Assembly: GCA_025964775.1 (NCBI GenBank)
Contig: JAOPYE010000024.1
Span: 29,125-93,124 of the forward strand
Direction of reading: 5' to 3'
DNA: 64,000 bases
Origin: Marmoricola sp.
GTDB taxonomy: Bacteria; Actinomycetota; Actinomycetes; Propionibacteriales; Nocardioidaceae
In this document: piece after piece, positions 1 to 8,825 of the stretch
Layout of the letters: every line of letters begins with the position of its first letter
Position numbering within the stretch: the stretch's first letter is position 1
Notes under the pieces: model-generated
Database searches by the model: none
Told to the model about the DNA's origin: nothing
What the model saw: only the letters and a program-made list of their open reading frames with translations
Translations under genes and position numbers: made by a program

Positions 1-312
1 GACCCCGAGATGACCGGGAAGCCGACGAGCCACGACGTGGTCGATGCCCAGGGTGCGCCACGCGGCCGGGGCAAGGACGACACTCGGTCCGCCGTCCGCG
101 CTCGGCTGGACGCCCGACCCCGGCACCTCAAGGCCATCGACGAAGGCCGTGGCGGCCCCGTCAGGGGTGGTGGTCTCGACGACGACCGTCGTTGCGCCGA
201 CGAGTCGGCGCACCTTGGGGAGCGCCAGTTCGAAGAACGACTCCGGGTCGGTCGCGAGCGCGCACGCACGCACCAACTCGATCAGCGATCCACTCCCCCG
301 AATGTCACTCAT
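1..312 (-). CDS. hypothetical protein, N-terminal fragment (gene continues past the left edge)
   Basis: Absent from the ORF track because no stop lies in the window. Reverse-strand ATG at 312-310, with GGAGGAG (revcomp of 322-328) 9 nt upstream. The frame stays open to base 1. Translation MSDIRGSGSLIELVRACALATDPESFFELALPKVRRLVGATTVVVETTTPDGAATAFVDG... has ordinary globular composition, unlike the Arg/Pro-rich + strand ORFs 10-414 and 44-349. Confidence 0.4.
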   Translation of the reverse strand, partial: MSDIRGSGSLIELVRACALATDPESFFELALPKVRRLVGATTVVVETTTPDGAATAFVDGLEVPGSGVQPSADGGPSVVLAPAAWRTLGIDHVVARRLPGHLGV

Positions 313-410
313 GTCCTGTGGCTCCTCCCCGAACCTTTCCTCATCGTAGGCCGATGCGGGAGGTTGCGCGGCAGCTTCGCTAGACCGGTGACAAATCGGG
401 CGTCATGGCC

Positions 411-1172
411 TTAGTGCCAGCGCGTCAGCCACTCGGCCGAGACCTTGGCCAGCGCCATCTGCCACAACGGTCCGAAGCTGATCCTGCCCGCTCCGGCACG
501 CGCGTACATCGCGAGGTCACCATCGACGGGATTCGCGATCGCGTTGACCGGCAGGGGCAGTGCGGCACAGATGCGCGCCAGGGTCGCCTCGTCGTGGAAA
601 CCGACCGGATACAGCGAGTCGGCGCCGGCCTCGGCGCAGGCGATCATCCGAGCGATCGCCAGGTCGACCCGCTCGTCGTCGGCACCCAGCTTGTTCTTGA
701 AGGTGTCCGTGCGGGCGTTCAGCACCACATGGACACCGGAGGCGTCGGCCGCTGCGCGCAGCTCGCCGATCAGCGCCGCGTGCTCCTCGGAACTGCGCAT
801 CCGGCCACCCTCGCCGTGCACGGTGTCCTCGATGTTGAGTCCGACCGCGCCGGCAGCCAGCAGGCCGTCGATCAGCGTGCGAGCGGACTGTCCGTAGCCC
901 GACTCGATATCGACGGAGACCGGCACCGGGACCGATTCGGTGATCTGGGCGACGCGGGTGGTGACCTCGGTGAAGCTCATCCCCTCGCTGTCGGGGCGTC
1001 CGATCGAGTCAGCCAGCGGGTGACTGCCGACGGTCAGGCCACCGAAGCCGGCTGCGACGGCAGCCCGCGCCGACCAGGCGTCCCACACGGTCGGCAGCAC
1101 ACCAGGGGCACCGGGAACGTGCAGCGCCAACAGCGCCTGTGCCTTGGTCTCGAGTTCGGTGATGTCACTCAT
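411..1172 (-). CDS. isocitrate lyase / PEP mutase superfamily enzyme (methylisocitrate lyase-like)
   Basis: 253-aa ORF with superfamily-typical strings PTVWDAWSA, VDIESGYG, GLNIEDTV and VLNARTD. It lies 9 nt downstream of the ADH gene on the same strand. Confidence 0.75.
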   Translation of the reverse strand: MSDITELETKAQALLALHVPGAPGVLPTVWDAWSARAAVAAGFGGLTVGSHPLADSIGRPDSEGMSFTEVTTRVAQITESVPVPVSVDIESGYGQSARTLIDGLLAAGAVGLNIEDTVHGEGGRMRSSEEHAALIGELRAAADASGVHVVLNARTDTFKNKLGADDERVDLAIARMIACAEAGADSLYPVGFHDEATLARICAALPLPVNAIANPVDGDLAMYARAGAGRISFGPLWQMALAKVSAEWLTRWH

Positions 1173-1181
1173 GTCAGCTCC

Positions 1182-2198
1182 TCAGGGTTGCAGCAGGACC
1201 TTGATCGAACGCCGTTCGTCCATCGCCCGGTAACCCTCGGCGACCTCGGACAACGGCAGTACTGAGTCGAACACCAGCCCGGGGTTCACTGTTCCGGACG
1301 TGACCATCTCGAGCAGTTCGGGAAGGTAGCGGCGTACCGGCGCAACGCCGCCCGCCAGGCCGACGTTCTTGGCGAACATCCGGTCGACCGGCAGCTTCAC
1401 GCCGTGCGGAACCCCGACGAACCCGACCATCGCCCCCGGTCGCGCCGCCGAGAAGGCCATCCGCATCGAGTCGTCGGTGCCCACGCACTCCAGGACCGCG
1501 TCCGCGCCTACTCCGCCGGTGATCTCCTTGATCCGCTTGACGCCCTCGGCCCCGCGCTCGGCAACGATGTGGGTGGCTCCGAACGCGGTCGCGATCTGCT
1601 GGCGCGGCTCGTGGCGCGACATCGCGACGACCTTCTCGGCGCCCATCTGGACCGCGGCGAGGACGCCACACAGTCCGACGGCCCCGTCGCCCACGACGAC
1701 CACGGTGTCCCCCGGCTTGACCCGCGCCGAGACCGCGCAGTGCCAGCCCGTGGGAAAGACGTCAGCGAGGGTGAGCAGGGACGGGATCAGCGCGGCGTCC
1801 GGCAGCCCGTCGGTCTTGATCAGGCTGCCCTCGGCCTGCTGGACCAGGCCGAACTCGCCCTGTCCGCCGGTCGTGAACCCGCTGTTCTCACAGGCTGATT
1901 GGGCGCCGTTCACGCAGTGCGGACACGTGTTGTCGCAGGTGCAGAACGGCACCACGACGAAGTCGCCGGCCTTGAACGAGCTCACGCCGGAGCCGACCTC
2001 CTCGATCACCCCGACCATCTCGTGGCCGATCGTCGAGCCGGCCGTGATCGGGTTCTCCCCGCGGTAGGGCCACAGGTCCGAACCGCAGATGCAGCCGGCA
2101 GTGATCTTGATGACGGCGTCGGTCGGGGCGCTGATGACGGGATCCGGACGATCCTCGAGACGGATGTCCCTGGCAGCGTGGATGGTGGTGACTCGCAT
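1182..2198 (-). CDS. zinc-dependent (MDR family) alcohol dehydrogenase
   Basis: Motifs GHEMVGVIEEVG, structural-zinc Cys cluster CTCDNTCPHCVNGAQSAC, and Rossmann VVGDGAVGL. The ATG at 2198 (MRVTTIH...) is preferred over the longest-ORF GTG at 2222. Confidence 0.85.
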   Translation of the reverse strand: MRVTTIHAARDIRLEDRPDPVISAPTDAVIKITAGCICGSDLWPYRGENPITAGSTIGHEMVGVIEEVGSGVSSFKAGDFVVVPFCTCDNTCPHCVNGAQSACENSGFTTGGQGEFGLVQQAEGSLIKTDGLPDAALIPSLLTLADVFPTGWHCAVSARVKPGDTVVVVGDGAVGLCGVLAAVQMGAEKVVAMSRHEPRQQIATAFGATHIVAERGAEGVKRIKEITGGVGADAVLECVGTDDSMRMAFSAARPGAMVGFVGVPHGVKLPVDRMFAKNVGLAGGVAPVRRYLPELLEMVTSGTVNPGLVFDSVLPLSEVAEGYRAMDERRSIKVLLQP

Positions 2199-2249
2199 GG
2201 CCCCGATCCTGCCAGTACCCACAACCCGGGCAACATGGCGTTGGCTTCA

Positions 2250-2263
2250 TCTCATATGTGAGA
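2250..2263. promoter_or_regulatory. inverted repeat TCTCA-N4-TGAGA, candidate operator in the divergent adh / HTH-murA-like intergenic region
   Basis: tctcatatgtgaga read directly. It lies 13 nt upstream of the GTG start at 2277, which lacks a Shine-Dalgarno sequence. Confidence 0.3.
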
Positions 2264-2276
2264 TAGCGTCCGGCGC

Positions 2277-3806
2277 GTGACCGCCGACTACCTCTCCCAG
2301 ATCGGCACCTTGATCCGGAGTGCCCGCAACCACCGCGGCTGGACCCAGCAGCAGCTCGCCGACGCCCTGAGCACCAGCCAGAGTGCCGTGAACAGGATCG
2401 AGCGCGGCCACCAGAACGTCTCGCTGGAGATGCTCGCGCGCATCGGGGAGGCGCTCGACGAACAGCTCGTCAGCATCGGGGCGGGACCGGTCCACCTGCG
2501 GGTGACCGGCCCGACGACCCTGTCCGGCAGCATCGACGTCAAGACCTCGAAGAACGCGGGCGTCGCGCTGCTGTGTGCGGCCCTGCTCAACAACGGCCGC
2601 ACCACGCTGCGCAAGGTGGCCAGGATCGAGGAGGTCAACCGGTTGCTCGAGGTGCTGACCAGCATGGGGGTCCGCACCCGCTGGCTCAATGCCGACAACG
2701 ACCTCGAGATCGTTCCACCGGCGCGCCTGGACATCGGCGCGATCGACGGCGAGGCCGCACGGCGTACCCGGTCGATCATCATGTTCCTGGGCCCGCTGCT
2801 GCACCGCTCCTCCGATTTCCAGCTCCCGTACGCCGGCGGCTGCGACCTCGGCACCCGCACCGTCGAGCCGCACCTCACCGCGCTGCGCCACTTCGGCCTG
2901 GAGGTCAAGGCCACCGAGGGCAGCTACCACGCGGTCGTCGCCGAGGGCGCAGCGCCGAAGCGCCCGATCGTCCTCACCGAGCGTGGCGACACCGTCACCG
3001 AGAACGCGCTCATGGCCGCGGCCCTGTACGACGGCACGACGGTCATCCGCAACGCCAGCCCGAACTACATGGTCCAGGACCTGTGCTTCTTCCTGCAGAA
3101 GCTCGGCGTCGTGGTCGAGGGCATCGGTACCACCACTCTTGTGGTCACCGGATGCGCCGTGATCGACGTGGACGTCGAGTACTTCCCCAGCGAGGACCCG
3201 ATCGAGGCGATGTCGTTGCTGGCCGCCGCGATCGTCACCGGCTCGGAGATCACGATCCGCCGGGTGCCGATCGAGTTCCTCGAGATCGAGCTCGCACTGC
3301 TCGAGGAGATGGGCTTCCGCTACGAGCGTTCAGAGGAGTACCGGGCGGCCAACGGGCACACCCGACTGCTCGACCTGACCACGGCGGTCTCGCCGCTGCA
3401 CTCCCCCATCGACAAGATCCACCCGATGCCGTTCCCGGGCCTCAACATCGACAACCTGCCGTTCTTCGCGGTGATCGCAGCGGTCGCCCAGGGTCAGACG
3501 ATGCTGCACGACTGGGTCTACGAGAACCGTGCGATCTACCTGACCGAGCTCGGCAAGCTCGGCGGCAAGGTCACCCTTCTCGATCCGCACCGGGTGATGA
3601 TCGACGGCCCCACCCACTGGTCGGGAGCGGAGATCGTGTGCCCGCCGGCACTTCGTCCGGCGGTGGTCATCCTGCTCGCGATGATGGCTTCGAAGGGCAC
3701 CTCGGTGCTGCGTTCGGTCTACGTGATCAACCGCGGCTACGAGGACCTCGCCGAGAGGCTGAACCAGCTCGGCGCGCGCATCGAGACGTTCCACGACCTC
3801 CGCTGA
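2277..3806 (+). CDS. XRE-family HTH domain fused to a UDP-N-acetylglucosamine 1-carboxyvinyltransferase (MurA)-like enolpyruvyl transferase
   Basis: N-terminus RGWTQQQLADALSTSQSAVNRIERGHQNVSLEMLARIGEAL is a classic XRE HTH. The rest aligns by eye with MurA: KTSKNAG, PYAGGCDLGTRTVEPH (compare E. coli LPGGCTIGARPVDLH) and INRGYEDLAERLNQLGARIE (compare [20 protein letters not shown]). GTG start. Confidence 0.85.
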   Translation: MTADYLSQIGTLIRSARNHRGWTQQQLADALSTSQSAVNRIERGHQNVSLEMLARIGEALDEQLVSIGAGPVHLRVTGPTTLSGSIDVKTSKNAGVALLCAALLNNGRTTLRKVARIEEVNRLLEVLTSMGVRTRWLNADNDLEIVPPARLDIGAIDGEAARRTRSIIMFLGPLLHRSSDFQLPYAGGCDLGTRTVEPHLTALRHFGLEVKATEGSYHAVVAEGAAPKRPIVLTERGDTVTENALMAAALYDGTTVIRNASPNYMVQDLCFFLQKLGVVVEGIGTTTLVVTGCAVIDVDVEYFPSEDPIEAMSLLAAAIVTGSEITIRRVPIEFLEIELALLEEMGFRYERSEEYRAANGHTRLLDLTTAVSPLHSPIDKIHPMPFPGLNIDNLPFFAVIAAVAQGQTMLHDWVYENRAIYLTELGKLGGKVTLLDPHRVMIDGPTHWSGAEIVCPPALRPAVVILLAMMASKGTSVLRSVYVINRGYEDLAERLNQLGARIETFHDLR

Positions 3807-3819
3807 GGCCGTCGCGACC

Positions 3820-4074
3820 TCAAGCCTGGAACAGGGTCTCCACGAAGGCCCGGCTGCGCTGAGCGACCGGCGGCGGTGACGCCATGTCGGTCGTGATCCG
3901 GGGCAGGGCGGCGGTGTTCGCGAGCTGGTGGGCGTGCCAGTCGGTCTCGGCCTCGACCAGGGCGCCCAGGTCGGCGCGGGTCAGGAAGATCCCCGAACAG
4001 TCCGAGCAGCGGGCGACCGACGCATGGCCGTAGCACCGCTTCTCCATCGTCCCCTGACACTGGGGACAGGTCAT
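3820..4074 (-). CDS. zf-TFIIB-type zinc-ribbon protein
   Basis: MTCPQCQGTMEKR...ARCSDCSGIFL shows two CxxC pairs typical of the zf-TFIIB / transcription-factor zinc-finger family. The internal ATG at 4074 is preferred over the longest ORF start at 4185. Confidence 0.55.
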   Translation of the reverse strand: MTCPQCQGTMEKRCYGHASVARCSDCSGIFLTRADLGALVEAETDWHAHQLANTAALPRITTDMASPPPVAQRSRAFVETLFQA

Positions 4075-4168
4075 CGTGTCCACGTGCTGACGGTACTCCG
4101 CGCCGTGTCGTATCTCCCGAGGGCTCGCGCAGTGAATACTGGTGCCGGGAGCGGAGGGTTGAGGGACC

Positions 4169-4981
4169 TTGGAACGACCAGTCACAGGACACGTCTACCT
4201 GGACGCGGTCTTCGAGCCGCCCGGGAGCCTGCTCGCGATGGCTCACCGGGGCGGTGCGAAGCACCCGTCCCTGGGTGGGTTGGAGAACACTGCGCGCGCG
4301 TTCCGGCACGCCCACGACCTCGGCTACCGCTATCTGGAGACCGATGTCCACCTGACCGCTGCCGGCACCCTGGTGGCGTTCCACGACGACGTCCTCGACC
4401 GGGTTACCGATGCGACCGGCTCGATCGCGCACGCCGGAGCTGACGTCATCGCCGGCGCGCGGATCGGCGGGACCGAACCGATCCCGCTGCTCGTCGACCT
4501 GCTCGAGGAGTTCGGCGACTGCCGGTTCAACCTCGACCTGAAGTCACCCGGGGCCGGGGAGGCCGTCGCGGAGCTCCTGGACGCCACCCGGGCGCACGAC
4601 CGGGTCGCGGTCGGAGCGTTCTCCCTGGCCCGGATCCGCGAGTTCCGGCGCCGTACGTCCGGCCGGGTCGCGACCTCGGCTGCGCCGGCCGAGGTGGTGG
4701 CCTTCCTGCTCGCCCCGACCGGCAGCGTGGCCCGGGCCCTGACCGGAGCCGGCGTCGCAGCGCTCCAGGTCCCCCACCGGCGCGGCGCGGTCCCGGTCGT
4801 GACCGGTTCCCTGGTGCGACGAGCGCATGCGGCGGGCGCGCACGTCCACGTGTGGACCATCGACGACCCCGCTGAGATGAACGAGCTCATCGACCTCGGA
4901 GTCGACGGGATCATCACCGACCGCACCGACGTCCTCAAGGATGTCCTCGCCGCTCGCGGACTCTGGAGGGAACCGGCATGA
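4169..4981 (+). CDS. glycerophosphodiester phosphodiesterase (GDPD family)
   Basis: AHRGG...ENT..AF......G..YLETDVHLT.....VAFHDD..DR and a C-terminal GVDGIITDR. The longest ORF starts at TTG 4169; the ATG at 4238 (MAHRGG) is an equally plausible start. Stop overlaps the next gene's start (ATGA). Confidence 0.8.
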   Translation: MERPVTGHVYLDAVFEPPGSLLAMAHRGGAKHPSLGGLENTARAFRHAHDLGYRYLETDVHLTAAGTLVAFHDDVLDRVTDATGSIAHAGADVIAGARIGGTEPIPLLVDLLEEFGDCRFNLDLKSPGAGEAVAELLDATRAHDRVAVGAFSLARIREFRRRTSGRVATSAAPAEVVAFLLAPTGSVARALTGAGVAALQVPHRRGAVPVVTGSLVRRAHAAGAHVHVWTIDDPAEMNELIDLGVDGIITDRTDVLKDVLAARGLWREPA

Positions 4982-6372
4982 GCACCTCGATCGAGGCGAC
5001 GTCGCCTCCGGATGCCGCTGACCGGCTCCGCCAGCAGAAGGCCTGGAACTGGTACGACTGGGCGAACTCGGCGTACTACACGACGGTGCTGTCGGTGATG
5101 TTCGCGCCGTACATGATCACGGTCGCCGGCAAGGCCGCCGGATGCGTGAATGCCGACGAGAACTGCAAGAAGACCGTCGACGTCCTCGGCCTGCACCTCG
5201 CTGCGGGTGCGCTGCCGAGCTACCTGACCAGCTTCGCGACGATCGCCGGCGCGTTCCTGCTGCCGGTGATCGGCGCCGTCGTCGACCGGTCCCCGCGCAA
5301 GAAGCTGCACATGGCGGCGTACGGATGGGCTGGCGCGGCCTTCGGCTGCCTGCTGTTCTTCCTCCAGGGCGACCACTGGCAGCTCGGTGCCGTCGCCGTG
5401 GTGATGAGCAGCGTGCTTGCCGGCTGCTCCCTGGTCAGCTACTACGCGATCCTGGTGGACATCTCGACCGAGGAGGAGCGCGACCGGGCCTCGTCCCGCG
5501 GCTGGGCCTGGGGCTACCTCGGCGGCGGCGCCCTGCTCGCCCTGAACCTGGTGTTGTTCCTCGGCCACGACAGCTTCGGGCTCTCCAAGGCCATGTCGGT
5601 CCGGGTCTCGCTACTCTCGGCGTCGGTGTGGTGGGCGGCCTTCACCGTGATCCCCTACGTGCGGCTGCGCAACTACGCGCCCAGCAACGTCGTCGCCGAG
5701 TCCGGTGGTTGGTTCTCGCGCAGCTTCGGACAGCTCTTCACCACCCTGCGGGACCTGCCGAACTACCCGATGACCCTGACCTTCCTGATCGCCTACCTGT
5801 TCTTCAACGACGGCATCCAGACGGTGATCTACGCAGCGTCGACGTACGGCGAGAAGCAACTCGGTTTCGGTACGTCGGTCCTGATCGGCACGATCCTGCT
5901 GATCCAGTTCGTGGCCTTCGGCGGTGCCCTGTTCTTCGGACGGCTCGCAGCGCTCTACGGCGCCTACCGGTCGATCCTGTGGGGCACGTTCGCGTGGATG
6001 GGGATCGTGACCGCCGCCCTGTTCCTGCCGCGCAAGAACCTGGTGCTGTTCATCCTGGTCGCGATCGCGATCGGGGTCGTCATGGGCGGCACCCAGGCGC
6101 TGTCGCGCTCGTTCTTCAGCCTGCTGATCCCGCGGGGTCGCGCGGGCGAGTACTTCAGCCTCTACCAGGCCGCCGAGCGGGGCACCTCCTGGTTCGGGAC
6201 GCTGACCTTCGGGCTGGTGTTCCAGATCACGGGCTCGTACCGGCCGGCCATCTTCGCGCTCGTGATCTTCTTCGTCCTCGGGGCGATCTTCCTGCTCCGC
6301 CTGGACCCGGAACGGGGAATCCGGGAAGCCGGCAACCAGGTTCCGACCCGGAAGATGCCCGATCCCGTGTGA
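4978..6372 (+). CDS. MFS transporter, UMF1 (Atg22-like) family
   Basis: 464 aa, multi-TM. The N-terminal WNWYDWANSAYYTTVLSVMFAPY is characteristic of the UMF1 family. Confidence 0.75.
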   Translation: MSTSIEATSPPDAADRLRQQKAWNWYDWANSAYYTTVLSVMFAPYMITVAGKAAGCVNADENCKKTVDVLGLHLAAGALPSYLTSFATIAGAFLLPVIGAVVDRSPRKKLHMAAYGWAGAAFGCLLFFLQGDHWQLGAVAVVMSSVLAGCSLVSYYAILVDISTEEERDRASSRGWAWGYLGGGALLALNLVLFLGHDSFGLSKAMSVRVSLLSASVWWAAFTVIPYVRLRNYAPSNVVAESGGWFSRSFGQLFTTLRDLPNYPMTLTFLIAYLFFNDGIQTVIYAASTYGEKQLGFGTSVLIGTILLIQFVAFGGALFFGRLAALYGAYRSILWGTFAWMGIVTAALFLPRKNLVLFILVAIAIGVVMGGTQALSRSFFSLLIPRGRAGEYFSLYQAAERGTSWFGTLTFGLVFQITGSYRPAIFALVIFFVLGAIFLLRLDPERGIREAGNQVPTRKMPDPV

Positions 6373-6568
6373 GTCGTGTCTCGCAGCCGAACCCGCGGGA
6401 ATCCTCAGGCGCGCCCGTTCGTTGACGATGAACCGAGGGAAACCAGCCCGTACCGCGTCCCGCACGCGAACGGCTGGCGTCACGTTCGACTTGCCTGAGC
6501 GTCCCAGAGGTTGTACGCATGAGGGTGCGGCCACGATCTGGCCCGCACGGACTATTTGGAGGAATCGC

Positions 6569-6964
6569 ATGGGAGACCGGACTTTGCGAGGCGCGCGCCT
6601 CGGTGGCCAGAGCTTCGAGGACGAGCGTGGCATCGAGTTCGCTGCGCGGCAGCAGGTCGGTTACCAGTGCACCCGCGGCCACGTCTTCGAGATCACGATG
6701 TCGGTCGAGGCCGACGTCCCGGCGAACTGGGAGTGCCCGCGCTGCGGCGCCGAGGCCCTCAGCGTCGACGGGATCCTGCCCGAGCAGAAGGTCGAGAAGC
6801 CGGCCAGGACGCACTGGGACATGCTCCTGGAGCGCCGGTCGATCAGCGAGCTCGAGGACATCCTGACTGAGCGGCTGGAGCTGCTCCGTGGCGGCGAGAT
6901 CGGCCCCGCCCACCTGCACCGTCCGGCATCACGCGCCAAGGCCAAGAAGAAGGCCAACGCCTGA
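6569..6964 (+). CDS. rbpA: RNA polymerase-binding protein RbpA
   Basis: MGDRTLRGARLG...CPRCG...PARTHWDMLLERRSISELEDILTERLELLR matches actinobacterial RbpA. ATG at 6569 is preceded by GGAGGA. The longer track ORF (6422) is a 5' extension. Confidence 0.9.
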   Translation: MGDRTLRGARLGGQSFEDERGIEFAARQQVGYQCTRGHVFEITMSVEADVPANWECPRCGAEALSVDGILPEQKVEKPARTHWDMLLERRSISELEDILTERLELLRGGEIGPAHLHRPASRAKAKKKANA

Positions 6965-6982
6965 CCTGACAGCGCCGATCCG

Positions 6983-7468
6983 TCACCCCGGATCGCCTGG
7001 CTGGCCACCATCAGGCTGGACCACATCGCCCTGGACCACATCACCTGGTGGTCCGGGGCGACGTACGTTCCAGGACTGGCCGCCCACCGGTCCCAGCCGC
7101 CGGGTCAACGCGCGGGCCAGGAAACGTCGGCCGAGCGGACGCGTGAACGGCAGGATCAGCACCATGCCGAAGGCATCGGTGACGAACCCGGGACTGATCA
7201 TCAGGGTTCCGCCGATCACGATCAGGATGCCGTCGGCCAATTCCCGGGCGGGCATGCGGCCCTCGGACAGGGCGACCCGCAGTGCACGCCATGCCCGGCT
7301 GCCCTGGTGGCGGATCAACCAGGAGCCGAACGCGCTGTCCGCGATCAGGAGCAGGACGGTCCACCACACCCCGATCACCTGACCGACCTTGATCAGGACG
7401 TAGATCTCCGCGATCGGGACCAGGATGAAGGCGACGAGCAGCAGCCACCAGGGGAAGGACCGCCTCAT
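6983..7468 (-). CDS. fxsA: FxsA family membrane protein
   Basis: LVPIAEIYVLIKVGQVIGVWWTVLLLI...GFVTDAFGMVLILPFTRP is typical of FxsA/UPF0716. Confidence 0.8.
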   Translation of the reverse strand: MRRSFPWWLLLVAFILVPIAEIYVLIKVGQVIGVWWTVLLLIADSAFGSWLIRHQGSRAWRALRVALSEGRMPARELADGILIVIGGTLMISPGFVTDAFGMVLILPFTRPLGRRFLARALTRRLGPVGGQSWNVRRPGPPGDVVQGDVVQPDGGQPGDPG

Positions 7469-7992
7469 TCACCCACCTGCCCGTCCACGGCCTCACGCAA
7501 CAGGTCTGCATGCCCGTTGTGACGCGCGTACTCCTCGATCATGTGCAGCAGGATCCAGCGCAGGCTGAAATGCCCGGAACCGTGACGCGACTCGCGCTGG
7601 GAGAGCGCGTCCAGACCGCCTTCGACCAGGACGTCGGCAACATCGGCCCGCGCGTGCGCGACGGTCGAGTCGTAGGCAGCGAACAGGTCCGCGGCCGGGT
7701 CGAGGGCGCCGGTCCGCCATTCCCAGTCCGGATCGGACTCCCAGTCGATCCCGTCCCAGGGAGCCCCGAACTCACGACCGAGCAGGACCCGCGAGAACCA
7801 GCTCTCCTCGACCAGGGTCAGGTGCTTCATCATCCCGCCGAGCGTCATCGTCGACGGCTCGATGCGGAGCGCGAGTCCCGCGGCATCGACCCCGTCGACC
7901 TTCGACCGGAAGGTCGCGCGGTGGTAGTCGAGGAAGGCGAGCACGGTTTCGGACTCGCCTGCTCGCAGTGGCGGATCAACACGGGGGGACAT
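7465..7992 (-). CDS. DinB-like (DUF664 / mycothiol-transferase-like) protein
   Basis: FLDYHRATFRSKVDG...MMKHLTLVEESWF...LLHMIEEYARHNGHADLLRE is a DinB/DUF664 four-helix signature. ATG at 7992 is chosen; the longer ORF to 8196 is Pro/Gly-rich. Confidence 0.7.
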   Translation of the reverse strand: MSPRVDPPLRAGESETVLAFLDYHRATFRSKVDGVDAAGLALRIEPSTMTLGGMMKHLTLVEESWFSRVLLGREFGAPWDGIDWESDPDWEWRTGALDPAADLFAAYDSTVAHARADVADVLVEGGLDALSQRESRHGSGHFSLRWILLHMIEEYARHNGHADLLREAVDGQVGE

Positions 7993-8307
7993 GGCTCCCA
8001 CGCTAACTGCTCGTCTCAACCCGGGGACGGTCACCGGTGAGGACGGATGAGGCGGCGGGGGGAGGAACGGGACCTTCGGACCGCCCGCACGATGACTGGA
8101 TGTCACCGGACGACCGTTGTCTACTGGTGCCGCACTCCCCCCGTGTTCTCCCATCTGACTCGAGAGACCTCGACGCATTCGTAGGGGTCCACCCACACCG
8201 CGGCGGCCGGTGAGGCTTTGCCCTCATGTCGAGGTTCGGAAGTAAGACGATCTGCCTGGAGGAACAGCGCTACCCAACCGATCTCCGGCGCTCCTGTCAA
8301 CCGTCGA

Positions 8308-8342
8308 CTGACCTGCGCAGATGCGGTAAATACGCAGGTCAG
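8308..8342. terminator. perfect 10-bp stem hairpin downstream of the kam operon
   Basis: ctgacctgcg (8308-8317) pairs with cgcaggtcag (8333-8342), with a 15-nt loop. No U-tract on either strand, so terminator function is assumed only from position (about 90 nt after the kal stop). Confidence 0.35.
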
Positions 8343-8429
8343 GCGAGTGACTCCAGAGCCAACAATTCATGAAAGAAAATTCGTCGGGCGGCGTGTCTTG
8401 ACGGACTCGCTGAAGTGCACGTTGAAGGT

Positions 8430-8825
8430 TCACTCCGGTACGACGCAGGTGCCGATCGCTGTCGTCGCCACGATCGGCTCGGGCAGCATCGACGCGGCCG
8501 AGCCACCGGCCTCCGCAGTCCCCCGACCGACGACCGTCGCTGTGAAGATGATGACCCGGGAGCGTGTCCCGACGCGGGTCAGCTCGCCCACGACCTCGAG
8601 CACGTCGCCGGCCATCACCGGCGCACGGAACTGCACCTCGGCGTACGACGCGAACAGTCCTTCGTCTCCGTCGGTGGTGATGCACAGCTCGGTGGCGACG
8701 TCACCGAACAAGCCCAGCGTGTAGGCACCGTCGACCAGGTTGCCGGCGTAGTGCGCGTGCGCGTACGGGACGTAGCGCCGGTGCGTGACGCTCAGACCAG
8801 GCACGCAGGCAGGTGTTCGACTCAT
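8430..8825 (-). CDS. kal: hotdog-fold protein, probable 3-aminobutyryl-CoA ammonia-lyase
   Basis: 131 aa. HYAGNLVDGAYTLGLFGD...FRAPVMAGDVLEV is hotdog-like. ATG overlaps the kamE stop (ATGA at 8822-8825). Assignment rests mainly on its position at the end of the kdd-kamD-kamE operon. Confidence 0.6.
   Translation of the reverse strand: MSRTPACVPGLSVTHRRYVPYAHAHYAGNLVDGAYTLGLFGDVATELCITTDGDEGLFASYAEVQFRAPVMAGDVLEVVGELTRVGTRSRVIIFTATVVGRGTAEAGGSAASMLPEPIVATTAIGTCVVPE

Noticed and set aside
8040-8160. 6C RNA (actinobacterial sRNA with C-rich loops), suggested by the runs cccccc / gggggg.
   Set aside because: I could not fold two convincing stem-loops presenting the C-runs in loops. Only one C-run per strand is present.
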